Below the pieces are notes generated by a model that did no database searches, was not told the DNA's origin, and saw nothing but the letters and a program-made list of their open reading frames with translations. From contig NC_086097.1 of assembly GCF_963921235.1 (NCBI RefSeq), positions 14,384,001 through 14,448,000 of the forward strand: 64,000 nt of DNA, given 5' to 3'. A program made the translations under genes and the position numbers. Positions 24,061-37,915 of the stretch are shown one piece after another. Within the stretch, counting starts at the first letter, position 1. The number at the start of each line of letters is the position of its first letter. Origin of the DNA: Mobula hypostoma. Taxonomy: Eukaryota.

Positions 24061-27000
24061 ACATGCTGGTGTATATGTACAGTATTTATACACATTTTAT
24101 TCTATATCCATACTTTAACCTCTAACTTTATATATAATTCTTTGTAATCGTTGAATTACTTGCATGCTTTCCATCCGTGCTGAGTTGAGCGTTGAGCTAG
24201 CAACTTGGCCTTGTAAAAACACACAAAATGCTAAAGAAATGGCAAAGTTGCCACCCAATGCGCCACAAGACGTGGAAAGGAAGAACAAAATTGTTGACTG
24301 TTTGTTTTGTTTGCATGTTGCACCAACACACTGCAGGAAATTCCTAATACGTGTAAATATATATGGGGAATAAAGTTGATCTTTGTTCTTTGCAAAGCAC
24401 CCACTACTGAGAACTCTCTCTATGCAATAGTACTCCAGCGATCAACATTGACCCCTTTGCCATTTCCTCAGTTAGACTGTGGTGAAAGGATTATTTGCTG
24501 TACAAGCCGTACCTCACAGAATATTGTCATTTGAATAAAATTAGCTTTGAAAGACAACCTTCTTGAGTGATTACAAATAAAAATTTGACAAAATATAAAA
24601 GTGGAACAGCAGGCACTGTAGTTCAACCTAAGTCACCCATGCATAAAATGCTTTGACTTTTTATGAAAAGACATGATAAACTGCTGTATTAAAACAAATT
24701 TCTCTTGAGCTTTTACCTTCTATTTATTAATATATAAAATGGAACTGCACCAACTTCTCAATGTTGCATTCTCAATTGCTTTGCTAATAATATATATGCA
24801 GTAAATAACATCTATTTGCCTTCTATTAATGGTTATTAAAACAATATTTAATTGTAAAGGAGGATGTATCAGAACACTGAATGTACGGAAGGGTTTCTTT
24901 GAACTTAAAAGTGAGCCTTAATTGAAATCAACAGAGATATCAGTGGCAATTTGGTACGCTCAGATCACAAACGATTCTTCCTTGTGTTTGGAGTGGCTTG
25001 GGAATTCCTGAGCACAGCCTCATTTACAGTAATCGCAGCATATGAGATTTCAAGTGTTAAAAATTTTTCAAATCTTGCTCTTTCTTCATTATTGAGAAAC
25101 CTTTTGCTACCTAAACCCAAGAATTATGTAAATCTCTAAACTTGCCTGTAATAACACACAAAAAAAAAGCTGTGTGAAAATTGCAACCTATTTCATACCA
25201 TTGTTGTCGGAACTGACAAGACAAGACACTTAATCCCACAAAGCAGCCAAGAGAATGTGCCATAATGCTTTGCGTAGGCAGGGAAATCTGAATATCAAAA
25301 AAGAGCTTCACTCACACACCTCAGAAGTGGCACTTTACTGAAGTGCACTTTCCTTTCAGCACTTGTTAAAGCTGTAGTAATCTTCTTTGTTTTTTTTTAT
25401 TATTTTCTATCTTCTTTCAGACCACTTTAGTGTACCTTCAAGGTAGCCTACCTTTTATGTTAATAAAGGCGTGTGAGTGACTACATGGTGAGCCAATGTG
25501 TTCTGTGTCGAGCTCCTGGAGTATCATACAACACTTCACAATATTGGCGATCAATAGGCAACAGAAAGGTACCGGAACCAATCATCATCTAAAATTCCTT
25601 TCTATGGTTGAGTTGCGTTGTTCTCCAATGTTGGCAATTTACATTTCAGAAACTCAATTGTGATGTGGGGAGGAAATTTCGTCGCTGAACCTTCTGTGCT
25701 GTGGTCTGGAATTTTGTCTGCATTGGCACACAAATAGGTTCAATGGGTCAAATGGTTCAATTCAATATCAGAGAATGTAGACAGTAAACAACCTGAAAGT
25801 CTTACTCTTCACAGACATCTATGAAACAGAAAAAAACCCCGCAAAGAATGAATGACAGAAAACAGAACCCCAACGCTCAACCTCCCCCCAATGCACAAGC
25901 AGCAGTAAGAGCATTACTCCTTTCTCCTCCCTCTCCCCAACTTGCTACAGCAAAATCACCAATCCCCACGACCTAAAATGCAAGTAATAGAAAGTCCCCA
26001 GGGACCATGATCTAGAGTCCATCAAAAACTACTGTCCATTCCAACAATCAACATCAGACAGGCTCCCTCTCTCACTAGCACTGGAGAGAGAGATATCACT
26101 CCCGCCACAGCGAGAGGGAGACCAACAGCTAGCTGTTTCAACATTATAATCTGCAGCATCACTTAATCGAGTTCCTCCAACTTGAGAGCTTGCATGAGAG
26201 AGAGAGAGAGAGAGATTGGATCGAGGTTTCTTTCTATCATGGGATTTTGAGCTGGGTGTTTTTAGACCATAAGACCATACAGAAGCAGAGTTAGACCATC
26301 CAACCCATTGACTCTGTTCCACCATTCCATCATGGTTGATTCATTATCTTTCTCAACCCCATTCTTTTACCTTCTCCCAATAACCTTTGATGTTCTTACT
26401 AATCAAGAACCTATCTACTGTACCTCTGCTTTAAATATGCCCAATAACTTTACCTCCACAGCCGTCTGTAGCAATGAAGTCCACAGATTTACCTCTTTTG
26501 GCTGAAGAGATTCCTCCTCATCTCTGTTCTGAGGGTTTTTAGTCAATACTTACTGTTAAAGTATCCCCGTTTAGGAAAAGTGTTGCAACACAGTGACATT
26601 TACGAAGCACCTGAATGAACATTTAAATCACCATGCACATGAGCTATGGACGAAGTGCTGGTAAATGGAATTAGTGCAGATAGCAACTGCTTTTACCCCT
26701 CAATCATAAGGCTACTGAACCAGAGGTGATAACTTTACTCAAATTCACTTACCCATCACTGAAATATTCCTACAACCTATGGGCTCATTTTCAAGGACTA
26801 TTCATCTCATGTTCTCCATATTTAATGTTTATTGATTTGTTTATTATTGTTCTGTTTGTTCTTTTTTGCATTTGAACAATTTGTTGTCTCTTGCACATTG
26901 GTTGTTCATCTTATGTGTGGTTTTTCATTGGTTCTATTATGTTTCATCGCACTTACTGTGAATGCCCACAAGAAAATTAATCTCAGGGTTGTATATGGTG

Positions 27001-27499
27001 ACAAATGTGTACTTTGATAATAAATTTACTTTGAACTTTTGAACTTTGAATGTTGACGGTCAGCGTAGATATGGTAGGCTGACAGGTCATTGTGCTCTGT
27101 GTTACTCTGTGACTGCGGTATAGATGTATCTCAGCTGTAGAACACGAGAACAAATAGGAGGAGGGCCATATTTGCCATTCGATAATCTGGCCCCAGCCTC
27201 CACTCCACTTACCTGTCTGATTCCTCAAAGCTCTTTGTTTCCCTGCGATCAAAGTTACATCACATCAATGAATCTCAGGATTTAGATAATTATATTCAGT
27301 TGGGTATGCTCAGCAGAACAGGCAGCTCCTGGAGCCTGCTGAGAGCTTCCATCATTAACTGTAGATATGTCATGTGCAGCATTGTATATTTATAATTAAT
27401 GAATCAACTTTGGATACCTCACTGAGAGTAAATGTGTATCACCATTTTTTGACAGAACATTACAGAAGCATTCTCAGGGAGATGAGGCAGTAGATGCTA

Positions 27500-28054
27500 C
27501 ACACAGTAGCTACTTTATTAGGTATTTCCTGTACCTAACAAAGTGGCCACTAAGTATACAGTCATGGTCCTCTGCTGCTGTAGCCCATCCACCTTAAGGT
27601 TTGACATGTCATTCATTCAGAGCTGCTCTTCCACGCACCACTGTTGTAACATGTGGTTATTTGAGTTTCTGTCAGCCACCCCATCAGCTTGAACTAGTCT
27701 GGCCATATTTCTCTGAATTTTCTCATGAGCAAGGTACTTTCGCCCACAAAACTGCAGCTCAATGGATCTTTTTTTCTTTTCTCACCGTTCTCTGTAAATG
27801 CTAGAGACTGTTGTGCATGAAAATCCCAGGAGATCAGCAGTTTCTGAGATACTCAAACCACCCTGTCTGGCACCAGTCGTCATTCCATGGACAAAGTCAT
27901 TTTTCCCCATTCTGTTGCTGGGTCTGAACAACTGAACCTCTTGACCATGTCAGCATGCTTTTACGTATTGAGTTGCTACCACATGATTGACTGATTGGAT
28001 ATCTGCATTAACATGCAGGTGTACAGGCGTACCTAATAACGCGGCCACTGAGTG
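27500..28054. mobile_element. Tc1-like MITE
   Basis: ta|cacacagtagctactttattaggta ... tacctaataacgcggccactgagtg|ta: inverted termini with a TA duplication. Confidence 0.8.
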
Positions 28055-28839
28055 TATACTCAGTGCTACAGTCTGTGATCCCAGTATTGGACAGTGGGTG
28101 CAACCTGTGGCGGTGAGATCACACGTAGCAAGAAAGCTCGGCTGCCCACACCATCCAGCTGTAATAGGAATTGCCCTTCTAAACTGTTGTAAAGTCACCA
28201 CAGAATCGCCTCTGCTTTTTAAACACCTGCACAATCCCCAAGCAATCCGAAGCGGGATGATAGCGAGAAGTGATCATAATGGGACATGGCATTGTGACTC
28301 ATTTGCGGCTTTAATTAAGTTTGTCAGAGTGAATGATTGGGTGTTGCGTGAAGGAAACCAGTAGACTGATGGCATTATCACAAATTAGATATTAAGCCTG
28401 ACAGCTCTTTTCATTTTGGCCCAGTTTGTATCCCACCCACCTCTCAATATATGGAACACCATTGGTGGGAGTAGTCGTGGAGGGTTCTGTAACCCACTTG
28501 CTCAGCATGCAGGCTGACAATGAAGCAACTTGAATCCTGCGCAAACCGAGCTTGTAAACAAAAACAATACTATTATCAGGCAGGCACAGCCACAAAGTTA
28601 ATTCTTAGCTTACAGTTAAGCTGTCGTATGCACCGACTTCAGGTTCTGTGAGGATATATGGAAGGCTGATCTTAGAGCCTAATAAGATGTCACTGAGTCT
28701 TAAGACTATAAGACATAGCAACAGAATTAGGCCATTCAGCCCATCGAGTCTGCTCTGCCATTTAATCATGGTTGATTTATTTTCGTTCTCAATCCCATTC
28801 TCCTGCCTTCACCCTGTAATATTTGACCCCCTGAAGGCA

Positions 28840-30090
28840 CAGACACAGGAAGGATGAAGCAGTATTCTAAAGGGAGGGTGAGGTAACCATGGCTGACCAG
28901 GGAAGTCAAAAACAGCATAAAAGCAAAAGAGAGGGCATGTAATATAGCAAAAATTAATGGAAAGATAGAGGATTGGGAAGCTTTTGAAAACCAGCAGAAG
29001 GCAACTACAAAGGCCATAAAGAAAGAAAAGGTGAAATATGAAGGGAAGCTAAACAATAATATAAAAGAGGATATCAAAGGTTTTTTTTCAAATATACTGT
29101 AATAAAAGAGAGATGAGAGTGGATTATCAGGCCACTGGAAAATAATGCTGAAGGGGTAGTAATGGGGGACAACTAAATGATGTATTAAATTACTATTTTG
29201 TGTCATTCTTCACTGTGGAAGACACTAGCAGAATTCCAGAAATGCAAGAGCGTCAGGGAGTATAAGTGAGTACTGTTGCTATTGCTGAGGAGAAGATGTT
29301 TGGGAGGTTGAAGAGTCTGAAGGTAGGTAAGTCACCTGGGCCAGATAGACTACACACCAGGATTCTGAAAGAGGTAACCAAAGAGACTGTGGAGGCATTA
29401 TTAATGATCTTAGAAGAACCACTAGATTCCAGAATGGTTCCAGAGGACTGGAAAATTGCAAATGTCACTCCACTCTTTAAGAAGGGAGGGATGTAGAAGA
29501 AAGGAAACTGTAGGCCAGTTAGTCTGACTTCAACAGTTGGAAAGATGTTAGAGTCTATTATTAAAGATGAGGTTTTAGGGTACTTGGAGGCATGTGATAA
29601 AATAGGCCAAGGAATCATTGTTTCCTCAAGGGAAAATCTTGTTTAACAAATCTGTTGGAATTCTTTGAGGAAATAACAGGTGAATCAGTGAATGTTATTT
29701 ATTTGGATTTTCAGATGGCCTTTGACAAGTTGCTGCACATGTGGATGTTTAGCAAGGTAAGAGTCCATGACATGAGACCTTCTTTCGCAGGAAAGGTACT
29801 AGCATAGATAGAAGATTGGCTGACAGGCAGGAGGCAAGGAGTGGGAACAAAGAGGCCTTTTTTGGTCGGCTGCCAGTGACTAGTAGTGTTTCGCACGTGT
29901 CAGTGTTTGGACTGCTTCTTTTCATGTTATATGTCAATGATTTAGCTGAAGGAATTGATGGCTTTCTGGCTAGGTTTGCAGATGATACGAGTATAGGTGG
30001 AGGGGCAGGTAGTGTTGAGGAAGCAGGGTTTCTGCAGAAGGATTTAGACATTAGAAGAATGGGCAGAGAAGTGACAGATGGAATATAGTG
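28840..30090 (+). mobile_element. CR1 LINE ORF2 fragment (RT)
   Basis: KSPGPDRLHTRILKE, VPEDWKIANVTPLFKKG, LYVNDL...RFADDT motifs; frameshifted. Confidence 0.92.
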
Positions 30091-30344
30091 TAGAGAAGAG
30101 CATTGACTTTGTAGGGGGAAAGGAACTGATAAAATTTCAGGACAAAATCTTGCATCAGGACCCTGCAAAGTTTAGATCCAAGAAGTCAACAATTCCTTTC
30201 TCCCCACAGACACTGAATTCCTCCAGAAGTTTTTGCTCCTGTTTCCAGCATCTCTTGTGACTCCTCCTTTAAGGAATTTTCCTGAATCAATTTTATCTAC
30301 CTATCACAATTATTTACTATTATTTTAGAAAAATAATCTGCTTA

Positions 30345-31010
30345 GACCATAAGACCATAAGATATAGGAGCAGAATTAGGTGATTTGGCCCATCGAGTCT
30401 GCTCCAGCATTTCATCATGGCTGATCCATTTTCCCTCACACCCCCAATCTCCTGCTTTCTACCTGTATCCCTCCCTGCCCTGACTAATTAAGAATCTATC
30501 AACCTCTGCCTTAAATATATCCAATGACTTCGCCTCCACAGCCACCTGTGGCAATGAATTCCACAGATTCACTGTTTTCTCATTTTCTCCATTCTAAAAG
30601 GATACCTCTGTATTCTGAACTGTGTCCTCTGTTCTTAGACTTCCCCACCATAGGAAACATCCTCAACATCCACTCTATTGAGGCCTTTCGATATTTGGTA
30701 AGTTTCAATGAGGTCATACTTCATTCTTCTGAATTCGAATGAGTACAGGCCTAGAGCCATCAAACACGCCTCATATGACAAACCTTCCAACCTGGAATCA
30801 TTTTCATGACCCTCCTTTGAACCCTCTCTAATGTCGACACATCCTTTCTGAGATAAGGGCCCCAAAACTGCTCACAATATTCCAACGTTATAAAGCCTCA
30901 ACATTATATCCTGGCTTTTATATTCTAGTCCTCTTGAAATGAATGCAAACATTGCATTTGCCTTCTTCACCGCCAACTCAACCTACAAATTAACCTTCAT
31001 GAGGAGATTC
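30345..31010 (-). mobile_element. CR1 LINE 3' fragment
   Basis: (agaccata)n tail; LGLYSFEFRRMKYDLIETYQI in ORF 30635..30865. Confidence 0.88.
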
Positions 31011-31284
31011 TGCAATGTAGCTTTGTTTTGGTATTACAAAGACGGTAATTGGTTTATTGTTGTTGCATGAACCAAGATATAGTGAAAAGCTTTTGTCTTC
31101 AGGCCATGCGTACACAAGTACACTGAGGTAGTACAAATGGAAAATCAAGTAGAGCATTACAGTGACAGAAAATGCAGTGTAGGTTGGCAAACCAAGTGTA
31201 AGGGCAATGCCGAGATAGATTGAGAGATCAAGGGTTTATCTTATATAAGAGGTTCGTTCAAGAGTCTTATAACTGATGATCTTG

Positions 31285-31702
31285 CCCGTTACACCACTGG
31301 TGCCTAGGGCAGCAGTGAAGGTCCTCTATCTCTGGCGATATTCAGGGTGCCCATCATCATGTTGGTAGTTTCCTCTTGGCTTTCACTACTGTCAGCCACG
31401 TGAGTCCCAGGTGGAGACTCAGGAATAGCATCATACTCAGATGTAGAAGAATTCTTCATTGCTGTTTCTCTAACAGATTTGCTTTACCAGTCAGGGTTGT
31501 TACCCCAGAACTGAATCCCCGAACCTTGAGGAGTAGTGGACCACTCTTAGTCTGTCCTCTACCTTTTGACCTGTTTGGCATGGATGACCCTGCCAAGAGT
31601 CAAACCATTAAGGCCCTGACTCCAGCTAACATAGCTCTCTGGGTTATTCAGGCATGCAAACATCCAACCCATGAGAATGTTGCGGTCCTCTTGGGGGGAG
31701 TC
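31285..31702 (-). mobile_element. Bipartite non-autonomous RTE-type element (5'UTR plus 3' tail)
   Basis: Reverse-complement homolog of 56321-56740; further pieces at ~54285-54597, ~33345-33432, ~47888-47985. Confidence 0.65.
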
Positions 31703-33602
31703 TAACAACAACAGGGTGGTAACTGTCCTTGGGCCTGGTGGTCATGTTTTCAAATTCAAATCAAATCAAATCAAATTTAAGTTTAATTTCAGCTTTTTGT
31801 ACCTTCTGCCTGATGGGAGGGGAAATAAAAGAGATGGACCAGGATGGGAAAGTCCAGTGATTCTATTGACTGCTTTCCCAAGGCAGGAGATGCAGGTACA
31901 GTCAATACAGGCAAGCAGATTTTTATGATAGACTGAGTGCTTATATCTACAATGAAAAGAGTTCTAATTCTTTTCATAGACTTTGAAACAAATTAAATCG
32001 GTTTATAGTTCTTGCCGATCGATAGGACAAAAAACAAATGGTTCAGTTCTTAATGTACTCAAGCTGTGGTTACTAGAAATCTGAAATAAGGTCAGAAAAA
32101 TACTATATATACTAAGCAGGGGACAACACCTGTGTATTCTATAAAAAAGGTCATCGTCGTGAAGTGCTACACCGCTTCTGCCTGCAACAAATTCCAGCAT
32201 TTTCCACTCTTACTTCTCACCTGTGCCAGCTTAGGTCAGGTGAAAGAACTTCTTTTGGACAGGGCACATGGGTCTTCACCCCTTTACTGGCTTTAGCGTG
32301 AAGTGGACTGACCATATAGTGGTGTACTGAGGAAATGCTAGTTTACCAAAAGGGATGCTGCTCAGACAATGCTAAACTTTTATCTGAGACTGATAGCAAG
32401 ATTCTGTTACATAATTTGAAAAAGGAACAAGCCCTCTCGTGATAAGAGATCTTAATCTCAATTTTAGTCGCATTTTCCCCTCAATTAGTATCCAGAACTA
32501 ATTTTTTCATCTACTAATTCTATCGTTATCTAATATCAGATAAGGTAACAGGTGAGAAGCCATGACCACCAAGCCCAAGGGCAGTTTCCACACTGCTATC
32601 ATCATTTAAGGTGATAGGGTGTCATTTCAAAGGAGATGTGAGGGGCAAGTTTTTTAACACAGAGAGAGTGGTGGGGTGCCTGCATGTGCTGCTTAGAGAG
32701 GTAGTTGAGGCAGATACATTAGGGACTTTTAAGAGATGTTCAGATAGATGATTCAGATACATGAATGTGAGGGAAATGTAAGAATATAGACATTGTGTAG
32801 GCAGAAGAGATTAATTAGGTTGCCCACTTGATTGCTAATTCAATTGGACCACACTATATCGTGGGCCAAAGTACCTGTACCTGTGCTGTACTGTTCTATG
32901 TTCCATGCTTTAACTAATTCTCAGGTTGTGTATGTTTCCAGCTATTCATTGCAGATCCCTGACTGTTCAAGAGCGGAACATCTTAAACAGCTGGACTTTG
33001 CGTGGGGGAGGAGGGATTTCCAGGGTTTTGACCCAACAGCAATGAAAGAATGGCTTTGTAGTTTTAATCAGAATGAATTGCGAATTGAATCCACTAGCTG
33101 TTCGTAATTGTAAGAAATGCAGAAACCAGCATCCTATTTGAAAAGCACTTGGACACACTGAAGAGCCGAGACCAGGTTGTGGGAGAAAATAGTCAGAAAA
33201 TAGTTGTTTTAGTCAGCTAGCTGTGGGAGAAAACGTTAACTGTTGAGAATTGCCGACATGATGATAGTGGCCCATCTGAATGATAATAGATATTCTATGA
33301 GCTATAGGGAATAAAGGACTTAAAACCATCACTCCTTTCTCTCTCTTTTGCCCGTTACACAGCTGGAATTTAGGGCAGCAATGAAGGTCCTCCACTTCTG
33401 GCAGTGTTCACAGCTTCCTTCATCATGTCAGTGAAAATTATTAAGCCAACTAATAAAGCTAAAGGCTAACAAACTCCCTGGTCTTGATGATCTGAATCCA
33501 CTTCCTTTAACTGTAGCCACTTGTTACTTAAAATTTTCCAACATCCCCTGGTTTCTAGAGAGGACCCAAATGAATAAAAAACTCTAAATGTAAATGTTCA
33601 GT

Positions 33603-34015
33603 ACCTCATATTCTATTTGGTAACCCTCTAGCCGGATGGTATAAATATTGATTCCTCCGCCCCCCGCCTTCCTTTATTCCCCACTCTGACCTTTCACTTC
33701 TTCTCTCCTGCCTATCACTCCCCACTCCTGGGTCCCCTCCTCCTTCCCTTTCTCCTATGGTCGACCTCCTTCTCCTATCAGATTCTTTCTCCTCCAACCT
33801 TTGACCTTTCTCACCCACCTGGCTTCACCTACCACCTTCCAGCTAGCCTCTTTCCCATCCGCTCCACCATTTTTTTGGGGCATCTCTTCCCCACCCCCTT
33901 CCCTCTCAGTCCAAAACATCGACTGTGTACTTTTTTTCCACAGGTGCTGTCTGACCTGCTGAGTCCTCTAGCATTGCTTTGGATTTCTGGTGTCTGCAGA
34001 TTTTCTGGTCTTTGT
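33603..34015 (+). mobile_element. Penelope-like 3' fragment, decayed
   Basis: cctcatattctatttggtaaccctctagccggatggtat (end of the endonuclease domain), a pyrimidine tract and the gacctgctgagt terminal unit. Confidence 0.7.
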
Positions 34016-34708
34016 GATTTACTCTGAATGCATTGCTGCTAATCAGTAGTCTGGTCAGACTAACTCCTGTCAACAGGAAAATCCAGGGAATCCCATTGTT
34101 AAGGAAGTAATAGTAGAAGAGTTAGAAAATCGCAAGACAGAGTCAGCATGGTTTCATGAAAAGGAAATCATGTTAGAAAAATTTGCTCGAATTCTTGGAG
34201 GATATAAAACAAGATGATAAAGAGTAACTAGTAAATGTACTGTGCAATTACAAATTGCGTGCACATATAAAAACCCCAATCATCCACCACTCTTGGGGCT
34301 TTGGTGGTGCCAGACAGATGTTATTTCTATTAATACACAACAAATGTTTAATTCACCTTTTTAGAAATTACACAGTGTTGGAATAAATTCCTGGCGAACC
34401 TGGTGAGTTTAAAGTGAGGCTTGGAAACAATGCCCTAGTGACATTAAAAGGAGTTCAAAGTTCAAAGTAATTTTATTATCAAAGTACATATATGATGGTG
34501 GGGGTCCTTGATGATGGATGCTGCTTTCCTGCAACAGTGCTCCTTGTAAATGTGCCAAATGAAACAATGTTCCTCCGGACAAAGGTGCACAACGCAGTAC
34601 CTATAACTCACACACACAACACATAAACTAATATTAACATAAATAAATTAACAAATAATAAGGTGCACTTATGACACAAGTTAAAAAGTAAACAGTATAA
34701 CGTTACTG

Positions 34709-35854
34709 TGTCATGGTCTGGTCCGTGAAGTCCGTATTCCGGTTCACTGTCCGGTCCATCGAACCTTGATCCAGGTTTTCCTGTCTACCCTGTTTCTGTT
34801 CTTGTTGAACTCTAACTGAGGCAGCTGATTCTTGTTGGGGCTGGCTGCATAAATACCTTCAGAGACCAGGGTGTGGTTGCTGGATTGTTCTTGTCCTTAT
34901 TCCTTGTATCCCTTCCTCTGCCTTCTGTTTCCTCGCCTGAAGCCCTGCCTTGTCTTGCTGGAAACTCTCGCCTCACCTGAAGTTCTCGTCTCACCTTGCT
35001 TTGCCAGAAACCTTGCCTCGTCTTGCCATCTTGTCCTGGATCCACCCTGTACCTAGCTCCCTTCCTGTCCCTTGCCTCCGCCCAGGTAAGCCAGGCCGTC
35101 TTGCCGTTACCTGTGGTTGGTTCTGTCCCTTCCTGTCCTATGCCTCCGTCGGGTGGTGATCCGTGCCCTGCCCAGGTGAACTGCGTCCTGCCCCGGAGGA
35201 GCCTGCCTAGCCTCAAGCCTGAAGACTCCAGCCTCCTGCCTAGCCTCAAGCCTGAAGACTCCAGCCTCCTGCCTAACCTCAAGCCTGAAGACTCCAGCCT
35301 CCTGCCTAACCTCAAGCCTGAAGACTCCAGCCTCCTGCCTAGCCTCAAGCCTGAAGACTCCAGCCTCCTGCCTAGCCCCTAGCCTGAAGGCTCCAGCCTC
35401 GTCCTGCCTGCCTGCCAAGCCTCGTTCTTGCCTAGTTCTGGGGTCCGAGCCAGAGGCAAGACCCAGGTACTGGGTCCCTGTCCAGTCTCTGGCTCGGAGT
35501 CCATCCTGCCTTCTATCAAGCCTCAAGCCTGAAGACTCCAGCCTCCTGCCTCCTGCCAAGTCTTGCCTCTAGCCTCAAGCCTGAAGACTCCAGCCTTGTC
35601 CTGCCTGCCTGCCAAGCCTCATACTTTCCTGGTTCTGGGGTCCGAGCCAGATGCAAGACCCAGGTACTGGGTCCTTGTCCAGTCTCTGGCTCGGAGTCCA
35701 AGCCCGGGCTCCTAGCTCTCTTGTCTAGTTCTGTTCCAGGTTCCTGGTTTTCCTGTCCATGTCCTTGCCATCGCCCTGTATCCTAGTCCTGTCCCTAGTA
35801 CTTCAGTGTCTGTGTCTTGCACTTGGGTCCGTCCCCAGCCACCGCCGTATGAGA
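34709..35854. mobile_element. Solo LTR (Gypsy-like) with internal tandem repeats
   Basis: Termini TGTCAT...ATGAGA (one mismatch from a perfect TGTCAT/ATGACA repeat), exact 5-bp TSD tactg (34704-34708, 35855-35859), TATA-like cataaata near 34848; interrupts a Rex1 3' end. Confidence 0.85.
35203..35400. repeat. 33-bp minisatellite (~5-6 copies) inside the LTR
   Basis: Unit ctagcctcaagcctgaagactccagcctcctgc; extra copies at ~35520-35595; ~130-bp duplication 35380-35503 vs 35570-35700. Confidence 0.95.
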
Positions 35855-36169
35855 TACTGGAGCTCTTCATGCGGAATGAGACCTGGGTGGTGGCAGAGAG
35901 TTCAGTAGTCTAACTGCCTGGGGGAAGAAGCTGTTCCCCATCCTAACAGTTCTTGTCCTAATACTATGGAACCTGACTGATGATAGGGGATCAAAGAGGT
36001 TGTTGGATGGATGGGAGGGATCATTTACTATAATAAGTGCCCTGCATATGCTTATATCTCAGATAGGTGTAATATCCTCTCTGTAATCCTTGCAATCCTT
36101 TGTAGGGACTTGAAGTTAGATGCCTTGCAATTCCCATACTAGACGGTGATGCAGCTGGTCAGAACACTC

Positions 36170-37915
36170 TCAAACCATAGAGATTTCCAACCAATAGGAT
36201 AGCGGAATATTCAAGTTTTGCTGTATTTTGGATTTCCGGGAAGCACCTAATCTTGTGCTACATAAAAAAAAAAAAAAAAAATCACTGTAGAAGATAAATG
36301 TGCCCAGAGTTTGAGTTAAAATGTTGGCATTGATAAGCACTGATTCATAAAGAATTAGAGAGTTGGGATGAAACAGTTCCTTTTCAGGTTGGCTGTAATT
36401 TGTGGGTGTCACAGGGATCAGGGTTTCAACAATTTATAACTTGTATTTATGACTTGGTTGAAGAGTTCAAGTGCATTGTTGCCATGGTACAAAGATGGGT
36501 TGAGAAGCAAGATGTGAAGAAGACACAAGAAGCTTTCCAAAAGGAATTAACAGATGGAGAACAATGAGGGAAAATGTGAGGTGTGTCTCTTTGGAAAGAA
36601 GGTAAAACATAGAACATAACAACACAGACTTTCTGGACAATGAGTATTTTTTTAAAAGGGGTGAGACTACAAAGTAACACACACAAAATGCTGGAGGAAC
36701 TCAGCAGGCCAGTCAGCATCCATGGGAAAGTAGAAACAGGATGAAGGGTTTCGACCCAAAACATCAACTGTTTACTCTTTCCCATAGATGCTGCCTGACC
36801 TGCTGAGTTCCTCCAGCATTTTGCTCTGGATTTCCAGCATCTCCAGATTTTCTTGTTTGCGAGACTACAAAGTGTTAGAGTACAGAGAGATCTGGGGCTC
36901 CAAGTAAATGAAATGCAAGAAGTTAGTATGCAGGTAAGGCAAGTAATTAAGTTTCAAGATTCAAAGTACATTTATTATCAAAGTAAGTATACAGAATACA
37001 ACTCTGAGATTTGTCCTCCTGCAAATAGCCTCGAAACAAGGAAACACCATGGAACCCGTTCAATGCGGGTGAAAAAAGAACAAATTGCGCAAATGGCAAA
37101 AAAGGAGTGAACAATGCATAGACATCAAACATCAAACCAGGAGTGCTGTAGTATTCAGTTCAGCTCACTTCAGCACCGTGCCACTTGCAAGGCTGCAGGA
37201 CCATTCTTTGCTGAAGCACCCCGGTCTGCATTAATTGCCCCAATCAAAACGCTCAAAAACAGCAAAAAAAAAGTAACCAGAAACTGGGAACACATGCAAC
37301 ATGAAACTCAAATCCCCCAAAACGATTCGGAAGCATAATGGCATGTTGTTCTTTTTGAAAGTGGTATGGTCTATAAAAGCAGGGAAGTTGAGGTTTGACT
37401 TGGAGTACTGTACAGATTTGATCATCATACTCAGGGAAGATTATTCTCACATTGCAAGTAGTGAAGAGAAGATTCACAGGGTTGATTCCCAGGATGAAGG
37501 TGTTGATTTGTGAAGTGAGGTTGAGCAGGTTGAAGTTTAGAAGACTGCAAGGTGATCTTATTGAAAGATAATATTCTGAGGGGGATGGATAAGGTGGATG
37601 CTAAGATAATGTTTCCTTTAATTGGAGTATAGATAACTCTACAGGAGCATAGTTTCAGAACAAGAAGTTGCCCAATTCAGCTGGAGGTGAGCAGGAACTT
37701 CTCTGAGGCCATGAGTCTCAAAAATGTTCTCCCCCAGAGAGCTGTGAAGGCAGAAACTGACACATATTTCAACTACAAGGGAGTCAAGGTGTGTGGGAAG
37801 AGAGAGAAAGTGGTGTTGAGGCTAAGACTGCAACAGCCATGAGCTTGTTGGATGGCAGAGCAGACTTAAACGGCCAACTGGCTGACTCTTGCCTCCTGTT
37901 TCTTTTGTTCTTATG
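36170..37915 (+). mobile_element. Old CR1 LINE remnant with nested insertions
   Basis: Decayed ORF2 (cagagagatctggggctccaagt; ggtgatcttattgaa) and 3' tail ttcttatgttc at ~37910; contains a PLE insert and a Rex1-type 3' end (~36950-37330). Confidence 0.7.
36676..36860. mobile_element. 185-bp Penelope-like hairpin insert
   Basis: 13-bp TSD gagactacaaagt (36663-36675, 36861-36873); inverted arms caaaatgctggaggaactcagcagg/cctgctgagttcctccagcattttg around a degenerate hammerhead. Confidence 0.85.

Noticed and set aside
35203..35400. CRISPR-like array
   Set aside because: Units are head-to-tail with no unique spacers, there are no cas genes, and the context is eukaryotic.
34812..35701. Repeat-peptide ORFs (178, 128 and 150 aa) as genes
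   Set aside because: They are produced by a 33-bp minisatellite inside a TSD-bounded solo LTR and are open on both strands.
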